Of a stretch of DNA of 64,000 bases, positions 31,116 through 42,075 are shown in pieces. Each line of letters starts with the position of its first letter. Position 1 is the stretch's first letter. The stretch is from the sequence record MW822007.1; one strand, written 5' to 3'. Origin of the DNA: Escherichia phage BF15. A program made the translations under genes and the position numbers. The notes under the pieces were generated by a model. That model was given only the letters and a program-made list of their open reading frames with translations, made no database searches and was not told the origin of the DNA.

Positions 31116-31475
31116 TCAATACGGTTTAGCATCAAATTTTCTTTCGATTTCAGGAGTGAAATATAATTCTTTACCACGCTTGGAAAAGCGACCAATAATA
31201 TGATAATTATTCTCATCAAACGTGATATTGCCAATATCCATAGCTTTCAACCAAATATCGATATTTCTATCCAGCTTTATATCAAAATTCCAATACGGAG
31301 AACTATTACCGAAAATACTGCAAGCGGATTCAGTGAAACAACTGCTATAAATCTTGTCTTTAGGAACTACTAATTGATAGACACCTTTAATAAACTGAGG
31401 ACCCTGCCATTTTGGTTGTTTCGCGTCTTTTTCCAATAGAATAGGGTAATAATTAAAGCTCATATTTTCCGCCAC
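31116..31475 (-). CDS. Hypothetical protein inserted between frd and td
   Basis: 119-aa track ORF with no function I can assign. Confidence 0.55.
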   Translation of the reverse strand: MAENMSFNYYPILLEKDAKQPKWQGPQFIKGVYQLVVPKDKIYSSCFTESACSIFGNSSPYWNFDIKLDRNIDIWLKAMDIGNITFDENNYHIIGRFSKRGKELYFTPEIERKFDAKPY

Positions 31476-31483
31476 GCGTTATT

Positions 31484-32310
<827 letters not shown>

Positions 32311-32318
32311 ATTATCTC

Positions 32319-32654
32319 CTAATATAAAGGATCGGGAACATATCCACTGGCTTTAATCATTTTAATTAACGTTAACATTCCTTTATTAACTGCTCGTGAG
32401 ATTTCATCAAAAACTTCATCACTAAAAAGTTCTAACACACCCTTCTGAACTTTTAATTTACATCCAACGATTTCGTCATCGCCTATAATAAATTCATTTC
32501 CGCCAATTCCACCGAAAAACTTAATTACACCAGTTAACTGTCTTCCACGAGAATATGGGTCGTGTGATAAAGTAATATGAGTCACCCCAGGTACAGTTTT
32601 AAATTGGCAGCGGATGTTTACTTGGGCAATTCCAGTTACGTGAATGTCAGACAT
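32319..32654 (-). CDS. Hypothetical protein
   Basis: 111-aa track ORF. Confidence 0.5.
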   Translation of the reverse strand: MSDIHVTGIAQVNIRCQFKTVPGVTHITLSHDPYSRGRQLTGVIKFFGGIGGNEFIIGDDEIVGCKLKVQKGVLELFSDEVFDEISRAVNKGMLTLIKMIKASGYVPDPLY

Positions 32655-32664
32655 AATATTTTCC

Positions 32665-32907
32665 TCAAACAGACTTTTTCACAATTTTCCAATCAGCTTT
32701 AAACTGATCGACGTCAGAATGGTAAATCCAGAATCCTGCGCTTTCTCCATCCTCATAAAGAGGGCATCCATCGCATTCATCTTCCCATCCCATATCACGC
32801 AAAAGACGTTCAGCTTTTTCAACAAGTTCAGAATCTTTACCGATGATATTAAAATACCATTTACCCCTAACTTCTGAATCTTTAATGCTCTGACGTTGTA
32901 ATCTCAT
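32665..32907 (-). CDS. Hypothetical protein
   Basis: 80-aa track ORF preceded by an early promoter. Confidence 0.5.
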   Translation of the reverse strand: MRLQRQSIKDSEVRGKWYFNIIGKDSELVEKAERLLRDMGWEDECDGCPLYEDGESAGFWIYHSDVDQFKADWKIVKKSV

Positions 32908-32932
32908 TTTATTCTCCTTAGTTGATAGGGTA

Positions 32933-32962
32933 ATAATATCACACTACTACCCTACTGTAAAC
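32933..32962 (-). promoter_or_regulatory. T4-type early promoter
   Basis: Minus strand GTTTACAGTAGGGTAGTAGTGTGATATTAT. Confidence 0.5.
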
Positions 32963-33327
32963 TACTTTTTGAAAGTTTTTCGCAAAAGTTCAATGATTTC
33001 ATCTACATTGTTTTCGTCTACAATGCAATGAATTTTTGTTACGCCAGAAATCTTGTCTTCGACTTCATCTTCTTCAGAAATCGGTTCTTTATACTCGCGG
33101 AAACAATGAAATTCGTCTTCGCAGACGTTGAAGTAAAAATGCTTTCCATTTGCGCATTCAATGTGTTTTATTACTCTAAATCCATCAGCAGAGAAAGCTT
33201 CTTTAACTTCAAACCATCCACCATTTTCTTGAATAATTTTAACTATTGATGAATTAGAACGTGGGCGATAATTAATAAATGTATTAATAAGTCTTGGAAC
33301 AAGCTCATACTTTTTGCCAATATACAT
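32962..33327 (-). CDS. Hypothetical protein
   Basis: 121-aa track ORF. Confidence 0.5.
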   Translation of the reverse strand: MYIGKKYELVPRLINTFINYRPRSNSSIVKIIQENGGWFEVKEAFSADGFRVIKHIECANGKHFYFNVCEDEFHCFREYKEPISEEDEVEDKISGVTKIHCIVDENNVDEIIELLRKTFKK

Positions 33328-33370
33328 TGCGTTTTCCTCATTTTAACGGGGCTTGATAGCCCCTTGATAA

Positions 33371-33619
33371 TTACTGCTCAATAAATCCTGTGTAAAATTC
33401 TACATCTTCAGCATCCATACCGTCACAATATTCATTAACCATAAATTGTTTAAGACGATTTAAAGGGCCTTCAATAACAACTGAAACATTGCAATTGGGG
33501 TCATTTAGTGCGCTTGTAATACGGAGTTCAGGATAACGATTACGAATAATTTCTTCAATATATTCAAAATCAACAACATCAATATCAATTTTAGCCATGT
33601 TATTTTCCTCTTTAATCAT
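33371..33619 (-). CDS. Hypothetical protein
   Basis: 82-aa track ORF. Confidence 0.5.
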   Translation of the reverse strand: MIKEENNMAKIDIDVVDFEYIEEIIRNRYPELRITSALNDPNCNVSVVIEGPLNRLKQFMVNEYCDGMDAEDVEFYTGFIEQ

Positions 33620-33641
33620 CAGCAGTATTGCCGATAGTTGT

Positions 33642-33671
33642 ATAGTACCACAAAGCTTTATGCTTGTAAAC
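33642..33671 (-). promoter_or_regulatory. T4-type early promoter downstream of gene 32
   Basis: Minus strand GTTTACAAGCATAAAGCTTTGTGGTACTAT. Confidence 0.6.
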
Positions 33672-33693
33672 AGTTTTGTGAAAAAATTTTGAA

Positions 33694-33722
33694 ATAAAAA
33701 AGGGGACCTCTAGGGTCCCCAA
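33694..33722 (-). terminator. Rho-independent terminator after gene 32
   Basis: GGGGACC-CTAGA-GGTCCCC hairpin then TTTTTTATTT on the minus strand. Confidence 0.7.
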
Positions 33723-33742
33723 TTAATTAGTAATATAATCTA

Positions 33743-34651
33743 TTAAAGGTCATTCAAAAGGTCATCCAGGTCCGTGTCATCAGCACTAGATGAACTGCCA
33801 GAGCTTGAGCTCATAAAATCATCTTCAGTTTTTGTTTTGAAGTCATCAACATTGAATGCATCCAAATCATCAGCAACTTTATCAGCTTTCTTAGCGGCAG
33901 TTGCTGCGGCACCACCCATAGCAGCAGTTCCCATAACTTGACTGAACTTAGTGCTCAGTTCTTCAAACGATTTGAATTTATCTTTAGAAGTCATTTCAGA
34001 AAGGTCAACCATTTGTTCGAACAATTCTTTCTGGAAAGATTCATCATCAATGTTTGGAATCGCAGATTGATTCAGGAATTTAGATTCGTCGTAGTTACTA
34101 AAACCAGAAACTTGTTTAACTTTCAGTACAAAGTTAGCACCTTCCCACGGACAAGTTACATCAACCGGAGTTTCACCCATTTCAACATCAACTGCAATCA
34201 TTGCATTGATTTTATCCCAGATTTTCTTACCGAAACGGTATTTAAATACTTTACCTTCATTTTCTGGAGCAGCTGGGTCTTTTACTACAAGAATGTTAGC
34301 CCAGTAAGAAGTTTTACGTTTAACAAGACCGTACTCTTTATTGTCAGTGTTGTACAAATCATTTTTACTGATGTACTGACATACTGGACAAGAATCGTAA
34401 TCACCGTGGGTAGATGAACAGTTTTCAATATACCATTTACCATTTTTCTTGAAACCGTGATTTACAAGAATTGCGAATGGCGCTTGTTCATCATTTTTAG
34501 ACGGAAGAAAACGAATTACTGCTTGACCGTTACCCGCATTATCGAGTTTCAGTTTCCACTCGCCTTTATCTTCAGAAGAAAAACCACCTTTATTTCCAGC
34601 CAGTTTAGCCATTTGTGCAGCGAGTTCAGCAGTAGATTTACGTTTAAACAT
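33743..34651 (-). CDS. 32: Single-stranded DNA-binding protein gp32
   Basis: 302 aa; [17 protein letters not shown]... with Cys/His zinc site and acidic Ser/Asp-rich C-terminus. Confidence 0.95.
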   Translation of the reverse strand: MFKRKSTAELAAQMAKLAGNKGGFSSEDKGEWKLKLDNAGNGQAVIRFLPSKNDEQAPFAILVNHGFKKNGKWYIENCSSTHGDYDSCPVCQYISKNDLYNTDNKEYGLVKRKTSYWANILVVKDPAAPENEGKVFKYRFGKKIWDKINAMIAVDVEMGETPVDVTCPWEGANFVLKVKQVSGFSNYDESKFLNQSAIPNIDDESFQKELFEQMVDLSEMTSKDKFKSFEELSTKFSQVMGTAAMGGAAATAAKKADKVADDLDAFNVDDFKTKTEDDFMSSSSGSSSSADDTDLDDLLNDL

Positions 34652-34718
34652 TTTTATTTCCTTTTTAATTTAATTAACAGTTGGTGCTATGACGATGTAT
34701 GACCTCATAGCTGGTCAG
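34652..34718 (-). promoter_or_regulatory. Gene 32 translational operator: pseudoknot plus AU-rich unstructured gp32 binding region
   Basis: Minus strand GCUGACCAGCUAUGAGGUCAUACAUCGUCAUAGCAC can form an H-type pseudoknot, then UUAAUUAAAUUAAAAAGGAAAUAAAAAUG. Confidence 0.6.
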
Positions 34719-34750
34719 TGAGATAATTATAATCTATTTATAATAAGCAA

Positions 34751-35404
34751 TTAATACTTGCAAGATTTCACAGTTTCAATGAAAACACTTTTAGCTTTCT
34801 GTGAATCAATATTTAAAATTTTTCTATAAGCCTTTAACTTTATAGAATAATTATTCCAGACTAAATTATCAGTCTGTTCATCATGTTTATCAATTATATT
34901 TAAAAACGAATCAAGCAAGATAAACGTCTCAAACGAAATTATATTCGATTGAAGTAGTTTAAAAATATAACTTGATTGAACTTTTGGATTATACTCAAAG
35001 ATTTCTTTAAAAGCAGAAACTTCAACTTTTTTACTAAAATAATAAATGTTGCGAATATCTTCTTCAAACTTAAATTTAATTTGCTTTAAGCGTCCGATAT
35101 ATTCACGATAAAACACAAGTGCATCAGCGTCAGAGATGTCACCAATCCAAGCATCCTGGTTAGCAACAAGATTGCTTATAAAGATTAAAGCAAGTTCCTT
35201 TAATTTATATTTTTCTGATAACTTCTGGAAAAAATACTTATCCCTTCGCTTTTGATAAGCGGCATCAGACACCCGCATGCACCAATTATACTTAATTACA
35301 TCATACTTTCCATTCATATGTTGTTTTATCATTAAGTATAATTTATAAACTGATTTACCATCAATGTATCTTTCACCACCAGCAGGCATGCGGAGTTTAA
35401 TCAT
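34751..35404 (-). CDS. 59: Helicase loader gp59
   Basis: 217 aa as in T4; between 33 and 32. Confidence 0.85.
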   Translation of the reverse strand: MIKLRMPAGGERYIDGKSVYKLYLMIKQHMNGKYDVIKYNWCMRVSDAAYQKRRDKYFFQKLSEKYKLKELALIFISNLVANQDAWIGDISDADALVFYREYIGRLKQIKFKFEEDIRNIYYFSKKVEVSAFKEIFEYNPKVQSSYIFKLLQSNIISFETFILLDSFLNIIDKHDEQTDNLVWNNYSIKLKAYRKILNIDSQKAKSVFIETVKSCKY

Positions 35405-35739
35405 AGTAGAAAATCTAATGTATTAGTTTTTTCACAACGAACAACAGAAGGACGTAAAAGATTTTCGTCAATAGCTTCTGACTGAATTTTTTCAATTATA
35501 CCCGAAGGAATAAATTTAGCAAATTGAGTTTCAGGAATAGAATTTTCTTCCAAGAATGCTGTTGTAGCTTCAAGATAACTCATTCCAAACTCTTCTACCA
35601 TTTTTTCAATAATAAATCCATTTTCTTGACGATCAAGCAGTTTTGCTATTTCATCCTTTTCTTTCTTAATTGAAAGTTCTTTTTCTGAAAGACCGGTCTC
35701 ATCGACCGGACGAATATCATTTAGAGAAAACTGTGTCAT
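35401..35739 (-). CDS. 33: Late transcription co-activator gp33
   Basis: 112 aa from MTQFSLND...; synteny. Confidence 0.8.
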   Translation of the reverse strand: MTQFSLNDIRPVDETGLSEKELSIKKEKDEIAKLLDRQENGFIIEKMVEEFGMSYLEATTAFLEENSIPETQFAKFIPSGIIEKIQSEAIDENLLRPSVVRCEKTNTLDFLL

Positions 35740-35986
35740 AAAGTTCAACTACCTCTTCGGTTTCAGCTTCAAACACATCACGGTTATCTTTATGATACAA
35801 AGCTAAAAGACGATTAAACATCTTACCATCAACGCCAAGTTCATCTTTGGCGCGAATTCGAATATCTTTAATCAATTCATTATAACCAGAAATTTTCAGT
35901 TTATGATCAGATGCTTCTTTGATAAATTTAGCCAAGTCTTCGCCATGGATAGCTTCATCAAATTCAACCATTTCTTTTTTAGCCAT
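35717..35986 (-). CDS. dsbA: dsDNA-binding protein DsbA
   Basis: 89 aa; between rnh and 33 as in T4. Confidence 0.7.
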   Translation of the reverse strand: MAKKEMVEFDEAIHGEDLAKFIKEASDHKLKISGYNELIKDIRIRAKDELGVDGKMFNRLLALYHKDNRDVFEAETEEVVELYDTVFSK

Positions 35987-35994
35987 TATTCACC

Positions 35995-36912
35995 TCAAAA
36001 TTCATTAATGCTATTAGTTAATTTAGAAAGACCCGCTTTTACAAAATATGAATAAATTTTGCCACGCGGTGGTAATTTATATGAATTATAGTAATTCACA
36101 ATGTTTGAAGCAATATTATCAGGAATATAATCAAAATCAATTAGAACTAAATTTTCTTTATATCGATTATATTCAGATTCAGTGAGAAGCACCTTAGCTT
36201 GCTCACGGTCATTAGCAATAGCTTCAACAACAGATGTTTTCATTGAAGGAGTTCGTTCACCTTCAACTCTGGTAAACCAAAAGTCAGATCGTACTTTAAC
36301 TGAAGCAACGTTATCCTTTTTGTCGCCTTTAAGGATTTTAGTCATGCAGTCAATTTCAGCAGAACCGCTTTTAATTTTAACCCATTTCTTGTGCATCGGT
36401 GACCATTGCTTAACATTTGGATACTTGTGAAGTTGAGTAAAGTCACCATCCGATGAAATGATTAAAATTTTATGTCCTTCTAAAGAGAACTTTTTAACAA
36501 GAACAGCAATGTGATCATCTGCTTCATACTTATCAATATCCATAACAATGTATGGCATATAAGCTTTCAATTCATCTATAACTTTATGACTGGATTCAAA
36601 ATAACCTTCCCAGTCCCAAGTAGATTCTTCTCGTGCTTTTCCACGGTTTTTCTTATAATAATAAGCAAAATCACGACGCCAGTATCCAGATTTCGCGTTA
36701 TCGATACACAGTATAATTTTAGTGTATCCAAGAGTTTTTGCTTTTTTGACATTAAACTTAATTGAGTTCAATATCAAATGACGAACCATTGATAAATTAA
36801 TTTTTTCTTTATCTGGAAAGTTTACTAGAGCAGTCGAAAGTGCAATTTGACTAAAGTCAATTAAGCAAATTCCTTCTTTGTAATCTTCATCCAGCATCAT
36901 TTCTAAATCCAT
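35995..36912 (-). CDS. rnh: RNase H (5'-3' exonuclease, FEN-like)
   Basis: 305 aa from MDLEMMLDEDYKEG... Confidence 0.9.
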   Translation of the reverse strand: MDLEMMLDEDYKEGICLIDFSQIALSTALVNFPDKEKINLSMVRHLILNSIKFNVKKAKTLGYTKIILCIDNAKSGYWRRDFAYYYKKNRGKAREESTWDWEGYFESSHKVIDELKAYMPYIVMDIDKYEADDHIAVLVKKFSLEGHKILIISSDGDFTQLHKYPNVKQWSPMHKKWVKIKSGSAEIDCMTKILKGDKKDNVASVKVRSDFWFTRVEGERTPSMKTSVVEAIANDREQAKVLLTESEYNRYKENLVLIDFDYIPDNIASNIVNYYNSYKLPPRGKIYSYFVKAGLSKLTNSINEF

Positions 36913-36941
36913 ATGAACCTCGTTCAATTAGTGAGATTTTT

Positions 36942-36971
36942 ATTATATACCATCCGAATCTTAAAGTAAAC
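36942..36971 (-). promoter_or_regulatory. T4-type early promoter for rnh
   Basis: Minus strand GTTTACTTTAAGATTCGGATGGTATATAAT. Confidence 0.55.
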
Positions 36972-36974
36972 AAG

Positions 36975-36982
36975 TATAAATA
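36975..36982 (+). promoter_or_regulatory. Late promoter (TATAAATA) for gene 34
   Basis: Exact TATAAATA about 35 nt upstream of the gene 34 ATG. Confidence 0.65.
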
Positions 36983-37016
36983 CTTATTATTGAAAACACA
37001 ATAGGAGCCCGGGAGA

Positions 37017-40000
37017 ATGGCCGAGATTAAAAGAAAGTTCAGAGCAGAAGACGGTCTGGACGCAGGTGGCGATAAAATAATCAACGTAGCTTTAGCTGAT
37101 CGTACCGTAGGAACTGACGGTGTTAACGTTGATTACTTAATTCAAGAAAACACAGTTCAACAATACGATCCAACTCGTGGATATTTAAAAGATTTTGTAA
37201 TCATTTATGATAACCGCTTTTGGGCTGCTATAAATGATATTCCAAAACCGGCAGGAGCTTTTAATAGCGTACGCTGGAGAGCATTACGTACTGATGCTAA
37301 TTGGACAACCGTTTCATCAGGACCTTATCAATTAAAGTCAGGCGAATCAATTTCAGTTGATACTGCAGCTGGTAATGACATTACATTTACTTTACCATCT
37401 TCCCCAATTGATGGAGATACTATCGTTCTCCAAGACATTGGAGGAAAACCTGGTGTTAACCAAGTTTTAATTACAGCTCCGGTGCAAAGCATTGTAAATT
37501 TTAGAGGTCAGCAAGTACGATCAGTACTAATGACTCATCCAAAATCGCAGATAGTTTTAATTTTTAGTAATCGTCTGTGGCAAATGTATGTTGCTGATTA
37601 TAGCAGAGAAGCTGTAGTTGTGACGCCGGCAAGTCTTTATCAAGCGCAATCTAACGATTTTATCGTGCGCAGATTTACTTCAGCCGCGGCGATTAATATT
37701 AAACTTCCGAGATTTGCTAATCATGGCGATATTATTAATTTCGTCGATTTGGACAAATTAAATCCACTTTATCATACAATTGTCACAACATACGATGAAA
37801 CGACATCAGTACAAGAAGATGGAACTCATTCTATTGAAGGACGTACATCGATTGATGGTTTCTTGATGTATGATGATAATGAAAAATTGTGGAGATTGTT
37901 TGACGGGGATAGTAAAGCACGTTTACGTATTATAACAACTAATTCAAATATTCGTCCAAATGAAGAAGTTATGGTATTTGGTGCGAATAACGGAACAACT
38001 CAAGCAATTGAACTTCAGCTTCCAACCGATATTTCTATTGGTGATACTGTTAAAATTTCCATGAATTACATGAGAAAAGGCCAAACAGTTAAAATCAAAG
38101 CTGCCGGTGAAGATAAAATTGCTTCTTCAGTTCAATTGCTGCAATTCCCAAAACGTTCAGAATATCCGCCTGAAACTAAATGGGTGACTGTTCAAGAATT
38201 AGTTTTTAACGGCGAAACCAATTATGTTCCAGTTTTACAGCTTGCTTATATAGAAGATTCTGATGGAAAATACTGGGTGGTGCAGCAAAACGTGCCAACA
38301 GTTGAAAGAGTTGATTCTTTAAATGATTCTACTAGAGCAAGATTAGGCGTAATTGCTTTAGCTACACAAGCTCAAGCAAATGCTGATTTAGAAAATTCTC
38401 CGCAAAAAGAATTAGCAATTACACCAGAAACATTAGCTAACCGTACTGCCACAGAAACTCGTAGAGGTATCGCAAGAATAGCAACTACTGCCCAAGTGAA
38501 CCAGGATACTACATTCTCTTTTGCTGATGATATTATCATCACTCCTAAAAAGCTGAATGAAAGAACTGCCACAGAAACTCGTAGAGGTGTTGCTGAAATT
38601 GCTACACAGCAAGAAACTAATGCAGGTACTGATGATGCTACAATCATCACTCCTAAAAAGCTTCAAGCTCGTCAAGGTTCTGAATCATTATCTGGTATTG
38701 TAACCTTTGTATCTACCGCAGGAGCTACTCCAGCTTCTAGTCGTGAATTAAATGGTACAAATGTTTATAATAAAAACACTAATAATTTAGTTGTTTCGCC
38801 TAAAGCTTTGGATCAGTATAAAGCTACTCCAACACAACAAGGTGCAGTAATTTTAGCAGTTGAAAGTGAAGTAATTGCTGGACAAAGCCAAGAAGGATGG
38901 GCAAATGCGGTTGTAACGCCAGAAACGCTACATAAAAAGACATCAACTGATGGAAGAATTGGTTTAATTGAAATTGCTACGCAAAGTGAAGTTAATACAG
39001 GAACTGACTATACACGTGCAGTCACTCCTAAAACTTTAAATGACCGTAGAGCAACTGAAAGTTTAAGTGGTATAGCTGAAATTGCGACACAAGTTGAATT
39101 CGACGCAGGCGTCGACGATACTCGTATCTCTACACCATTAAAAATTAAAACCAGATTTAATAGTACTGATCGTACTTCTGTTGTTGCTCTATCTGGATTA
39201 GTTGAATCAGGAACTCTCTGGGACCATTATACCCTTAATATTCTTGAAGCAAATGAGACACAACGTGGTACACTTCGTGTAGCTACACAGGTCGAAGCTG
39301 CTGCAGGAACATTAGATAATGTTTTAATAACTCCTAAAAAGCTTTTAGGTACTAAATCTACTGAAGCGCAAGAAGGTGTTATTAAAGTTGCAACTCAGTC
39401 TGAAACTGTGACTGGAACATCAGCAAATACTGCTGTATCTCCAAAAAATTTAAAATGGATTGCGCAGAGTGAACCTACTTGGGCAGCGACTACTGCGATA
39501 AGGGGCTTTGTTAAAACTTCATCTGGTTCAATTACGTTCGTTGGTAATGATACAGTCGGTTCTACTCAAGATTTAGAACTGTATGAGAAAAATAGTTATG
39601 CAGTATCACCATATGAATTAAACCGTGTATTAGCAAATTATCTGCCGTTAAAAGCAAAAGCTGTAGATAGTAATTTATTGGATGGTCTAGATTCATCTCA
39701 GTTCATTCGTAGGGATATTGCACAGACTGTTAATGGTTCACTAACCTTAACCCAACAAACGAATCTGAGTGCCCCTCTTGTATCATCTAGTACTGCTACG
39801 TTTGGTGGATCAGTTACGGCAAATAGTGTACTAACTATTTCTAATACTGGAACAGAAACTCATCTGATTTTTGAGAAAGGACCTCAAACTGGAACTAACC
39901 AAGCACAGACGGTGACTATTAGAGTGTGGGGTAATCAATTTAGTGGGGAATCAGACACAACACGTTCTACTGTATTTGAAGTTGGTGATGAAACATCTAA

Positions 40001-40886
40001 TCACTTTTATTCTCAACGTGATAAAGCTGGAAATATAACATTTAATATCAATGGTACAGTAACACCTATAAATGTTAATGCTTCAGGAACATTGAATGCA
40101 AATGGTGTAGCAACATTTGGTAATTCAGTCACTGCAACTGGTGAAATTATTTCTCGAAGCGCAAATGCTTTCCGTGCTATTAACGGAAATTATGGTTTCA
40201 TTGTTCGCAATGACGGGTCAGTAACGAATTTTATGCTTACTGCATCGGGTGATCAGACTGGCGGATTTAATGGATTGCGTCCTTTAGCTATTAATAATGC
40301 ATCTGGCCAAGTAACGATTGGTGAAAGCTTAATCATTGCCAAAGGTGCTACTATAAATTCAGGCGGTTTGACTGTTAACTCGAGAATTCGTTCTCAGGGC
40401 ACTAAAACATCTGATTTATACACTCGCGCACCAACATCTGATACAGTAGGATTCTGGTCAATCGATATTAACGATTCAGCCACTTATAACCAGTTCCCTG
40501 GTTATTTTAAAATGGTTGAAAAAACTAATGAAGTGACTGGACTTCCATACTTAGAACGTGGCGAAGAAGTTAAATCTCCTGGTACACTGACCCAGTTTGG
40601 TAACACACTTGATTCGCTTTACCAAGATTGGATTACTTATCCAACAACACCAGAAGCACGTACCACTCGTTGGACACGCACATGGCAGAAAACCAAAAAC
40701 TCTTGGTCAAGTTTTGTTCAGGTATTTGATGGAGGTAACCCTCCTCAGCCATCTGATATTGGTGCTTTACCATCTGATAATGCTATAATGGGGAATCTTA
40801 CTATTCGTGATTTCTTACGAATTGGTAATGTTCGCATTGTTCCTGACCCAGTGAATAAAACGGTTAAATTTGAATGGGTTGAATAA
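37017..40886 (+). CDS. 34: Long tail fibre proximal subunit gp34
   Basis: 1289 aa as in T4; MAEIKRKFRAEDGLDAGGDKIINVALADR... Confidence 0.95.
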   Translation: MAEIKRKFRAEDGLDAGGDKIINVALADRTVGTDGVNVDYLIQENTVQQYDPTRGYLKDFVIIYDNRFWAAINDIPKPAGAFNSVRWRALRTDANWTTVSSGPYQLKSGESISVDTAAGNDITFTLPSSPIDGDTIVLQDIGGKPGVNQVLITAPVQSIVNFRGQQVRSVLMTHPKSQIVLIFSNRLWQMYVADYSREAVVVTPASLYQAQSNDFIVRRFTSAAAINIKLPRFANHGDIINFVDLDKLNPLYHTIVTTYDETTSVQEDGTHSIEGRTSIDGFLMYDDNEKLWRLFDGDSKARLRIITTNSNIRPNEEVMVFGANNGTTQAIELQLPTDISIGDTVKISMNYMRKGQTVKIKAAGEDKIASSVQLLQFPKRSEYPPETKWVTVQELVFNGETNYVPVLQLAYIEDSDGKYWVVQQNVPTVERVDSLNDSTRARLGVIALATQAQANADLENSPQKELAITPETLANRTATETRRGIARIATTAQVNQDTTFSFADDIIITPKKLNERTATETRRGVAEIATQQETNAGTDDATIITPKKLQARQGSESLSGIVTFVSTAGATPASSRELNGTNVYNKNTNNLVVSPKALDQYKATPTQQGAVILAVESEVIAGQSQEGWANAVVTPETLHKKTSTDGRIGLIEIATQSEVNTGTDYTRAVTPKTLNDRRATESLSGIAEIATQVEFDAGVDDTRISTPLKIKTRFNSTDRTSVVALSGLVESGTLWDHYTLNILEANETQRGTLRVATQVEAAAGTLDNVLITPKKLLGTKSTEAQEGVIKVATQSETVTGTSANTAVSPKNLKWIAQSEPTWAATTAIRGFVKTSSGSITFVGNDTVGSTQDLELYEKNSYAVSPYELNRVLANYLPLKAKAVDSNLLDGLDSSQFIRRDIAQTVNGSLTLTQQTNLSAPLVSSSTATFGGSVTANSVLTISNTGTETHLIFEKGPQTGTNQAQTVTIRVWGNQFSGESDTTRSTVFEVGDETSNHFYSQRDKAGNITFNINGTVTPINVNASGTLNANGVATFGNSVTATGEIISRSANAFRAINGNYGFIVRNDGSVTNFMLTASGDQTGGFNGLRPLAINNASGQVTIGESLIIAKGATINSGGLTVNSRIRSQGTKTSDLYTRAPTSDTVGFWSIDINDSATYNQFPGYFKMVEKTNEVTGLPYLERGEEVKSPGTLTQFGNTLDSLYQDWITYPTTPEARTTRWTRTWQKTKNSWSSFVQVFDGGNPPQPSDIGALPSDNAIMGNLTIRDFLRIGNVRIVPDPVNKTVKFEWVE

Positions 40887-40894
40887 GAGGTATT

Positions 40895-42013
40895 ATGGAA
40901 AAATTTATGGCAGAGTTTGGACAAGGATATGTCCAAACGCCATTTTTATCGGAAAGTAATTCAGTAAGATACAAAATAAGTATAGCGGGTTCTTGCCCGC
41001 TTTCTACTGCAGAAGGACCATACGTTAAATTTCAGGATAATCCTGTAGGAAGTCAAACATTTAGCGCAGGCCTTCATTTAAGAGTTTTTGACCCTTCCAC
41101 AGGAGCATTAGTTGATAGTAAGTCATATGCTTTTTCGACTTCAAATGATACAACATCTGCCGCTTTTGTTAGTTTCATGAATTCTTTGACGAATAATCGA
41201 ATTGTTGCTATATTAACTAACGGAAAGGTTAATTTTCCTCCTGAAGTAGCATCTTGGCTAAGAGCCGCGGGAACGTCTGCTTTTCCATCTGACTCTGTAT
41301 TGTCAAGATTCGACGTATCATATGCTGCTTTTTATACTTCTTCTAAAAGAGCTATCGCATTAGAGCATGTTAAATTAAGTAATAGAAAAAGCACAGATGA
41401 TTATCAAACTGTTTTAGATGTTGTATTTGACAGTTTAGAAGACGTCGGAGCTACCGGGTTTCCAAGAAGAACATATGAAAGCGTTGAGCAGTTTATGTCA
41501 GCGGTTGGTGGAACTAATAACGAAATTGCACGTTTACCAACTTCATCCGCGATAAGTAAATTATCTGATTATAATTTAATTCCTGGCGATGTTCTTTATC
41601 TTAAAGCACAGTTATATGCTGATGCCGATTTACTTGCGCTTGGAACTACAAATATATCTATCCGTTTTTATGATGAATCGAATGGATATATTTCTTCAAC
41701 ACATGCTGAGTTTACTGGACAAGCTGGGTCATGGGAATTAAAGGAAGATTATGTAGTTATTCCAGAAAACGCAGTAGGATTTACGATATATGCACAAAGA
41801 ACTGCTCAAGCTGGTCAAGGCGGCATGAGAAATTTAAGCTTTTCTGAAGTATCAAGAAATGGTGGAATTTCAAAACCTGCTGAATTTGGCGTCAATGGTA
41901 TTCGAGTTAATTATGTCTGTGAATCTGCTTCACCTCCGGATATAATGGTACTTCCTACGCAAGCATCGTCTAAAACTGGTAAAGTGTTTGGACAAGAATT
42001 TAGAGAAGTTTAA
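40895..42013 (+). CDS. 35: Long tail fibre hinge protein gp35
   Basis: 372 aa as in T4; synteny. Confidence 0.9.
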   Translation: MEKFMAEFGQGYVQTPFLSESNSVRYKISIAGSCPLSTAEGPYVKFQDNPVGSQTFSAGLHLRVFDPSTGALVDSKSYAFSTSNDTTSAAFVSFMNSLTNNRIVAILTNGKVNFPPEVASWLRAAGTSAFPSDSVLSRFDVSYAAFYTSSKRAIALEHVKLSNRKSTDDYQTVLDVVFDSLEDVGATGFPRRTYESVEQFMSAVGGTNNEIARLPTSSAISKLSDYNLIPGDVLYLKAQLYADADLLALGTTNISIRFYDESNGYISSTHAEFTGQAGSWELKEDYVVIPENAVGFTIYAQRTAQAGQGGMRNLSFSEVSRNGGISKPAEFGVNGIRVNYVCESASPPDIMVLPTQASSKTGKVFGQEFREV

Positions 42014-42017
42014 ATTG

Positions 42018-42044
42018 AGGGAGCCTTCGGGTTCCCTTTTTCTT
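42018..42044 (+). terminator. Hairpin plus U-run after gene 35
   Basis: GGGAGCC-TTCG-GGTTCCC followed by TTTTTCTTT. Confidence 0.55.
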
Positions 42045-42052
42045 TATAAATA
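42045..42052 (+). promoter_or_regulatory. Late promoter (TATAAATA) for gene 36
   Basis: Exact TATAAATA 24 nt upstream of the gene 36 ATG. Confidence 0.65.
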
Positions 42053-42075
42053 CTATTAAAATAAAGGGGCATACA

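Noticed and set aside
38372-38675. Antisense ORFs inside gene 34 (and similar ones inside alt, gene 37, nrdA and other long genes)
   Set aside because: Fully embedded opposite large, well-supported genes with no independent signals; typical six-frame noise.
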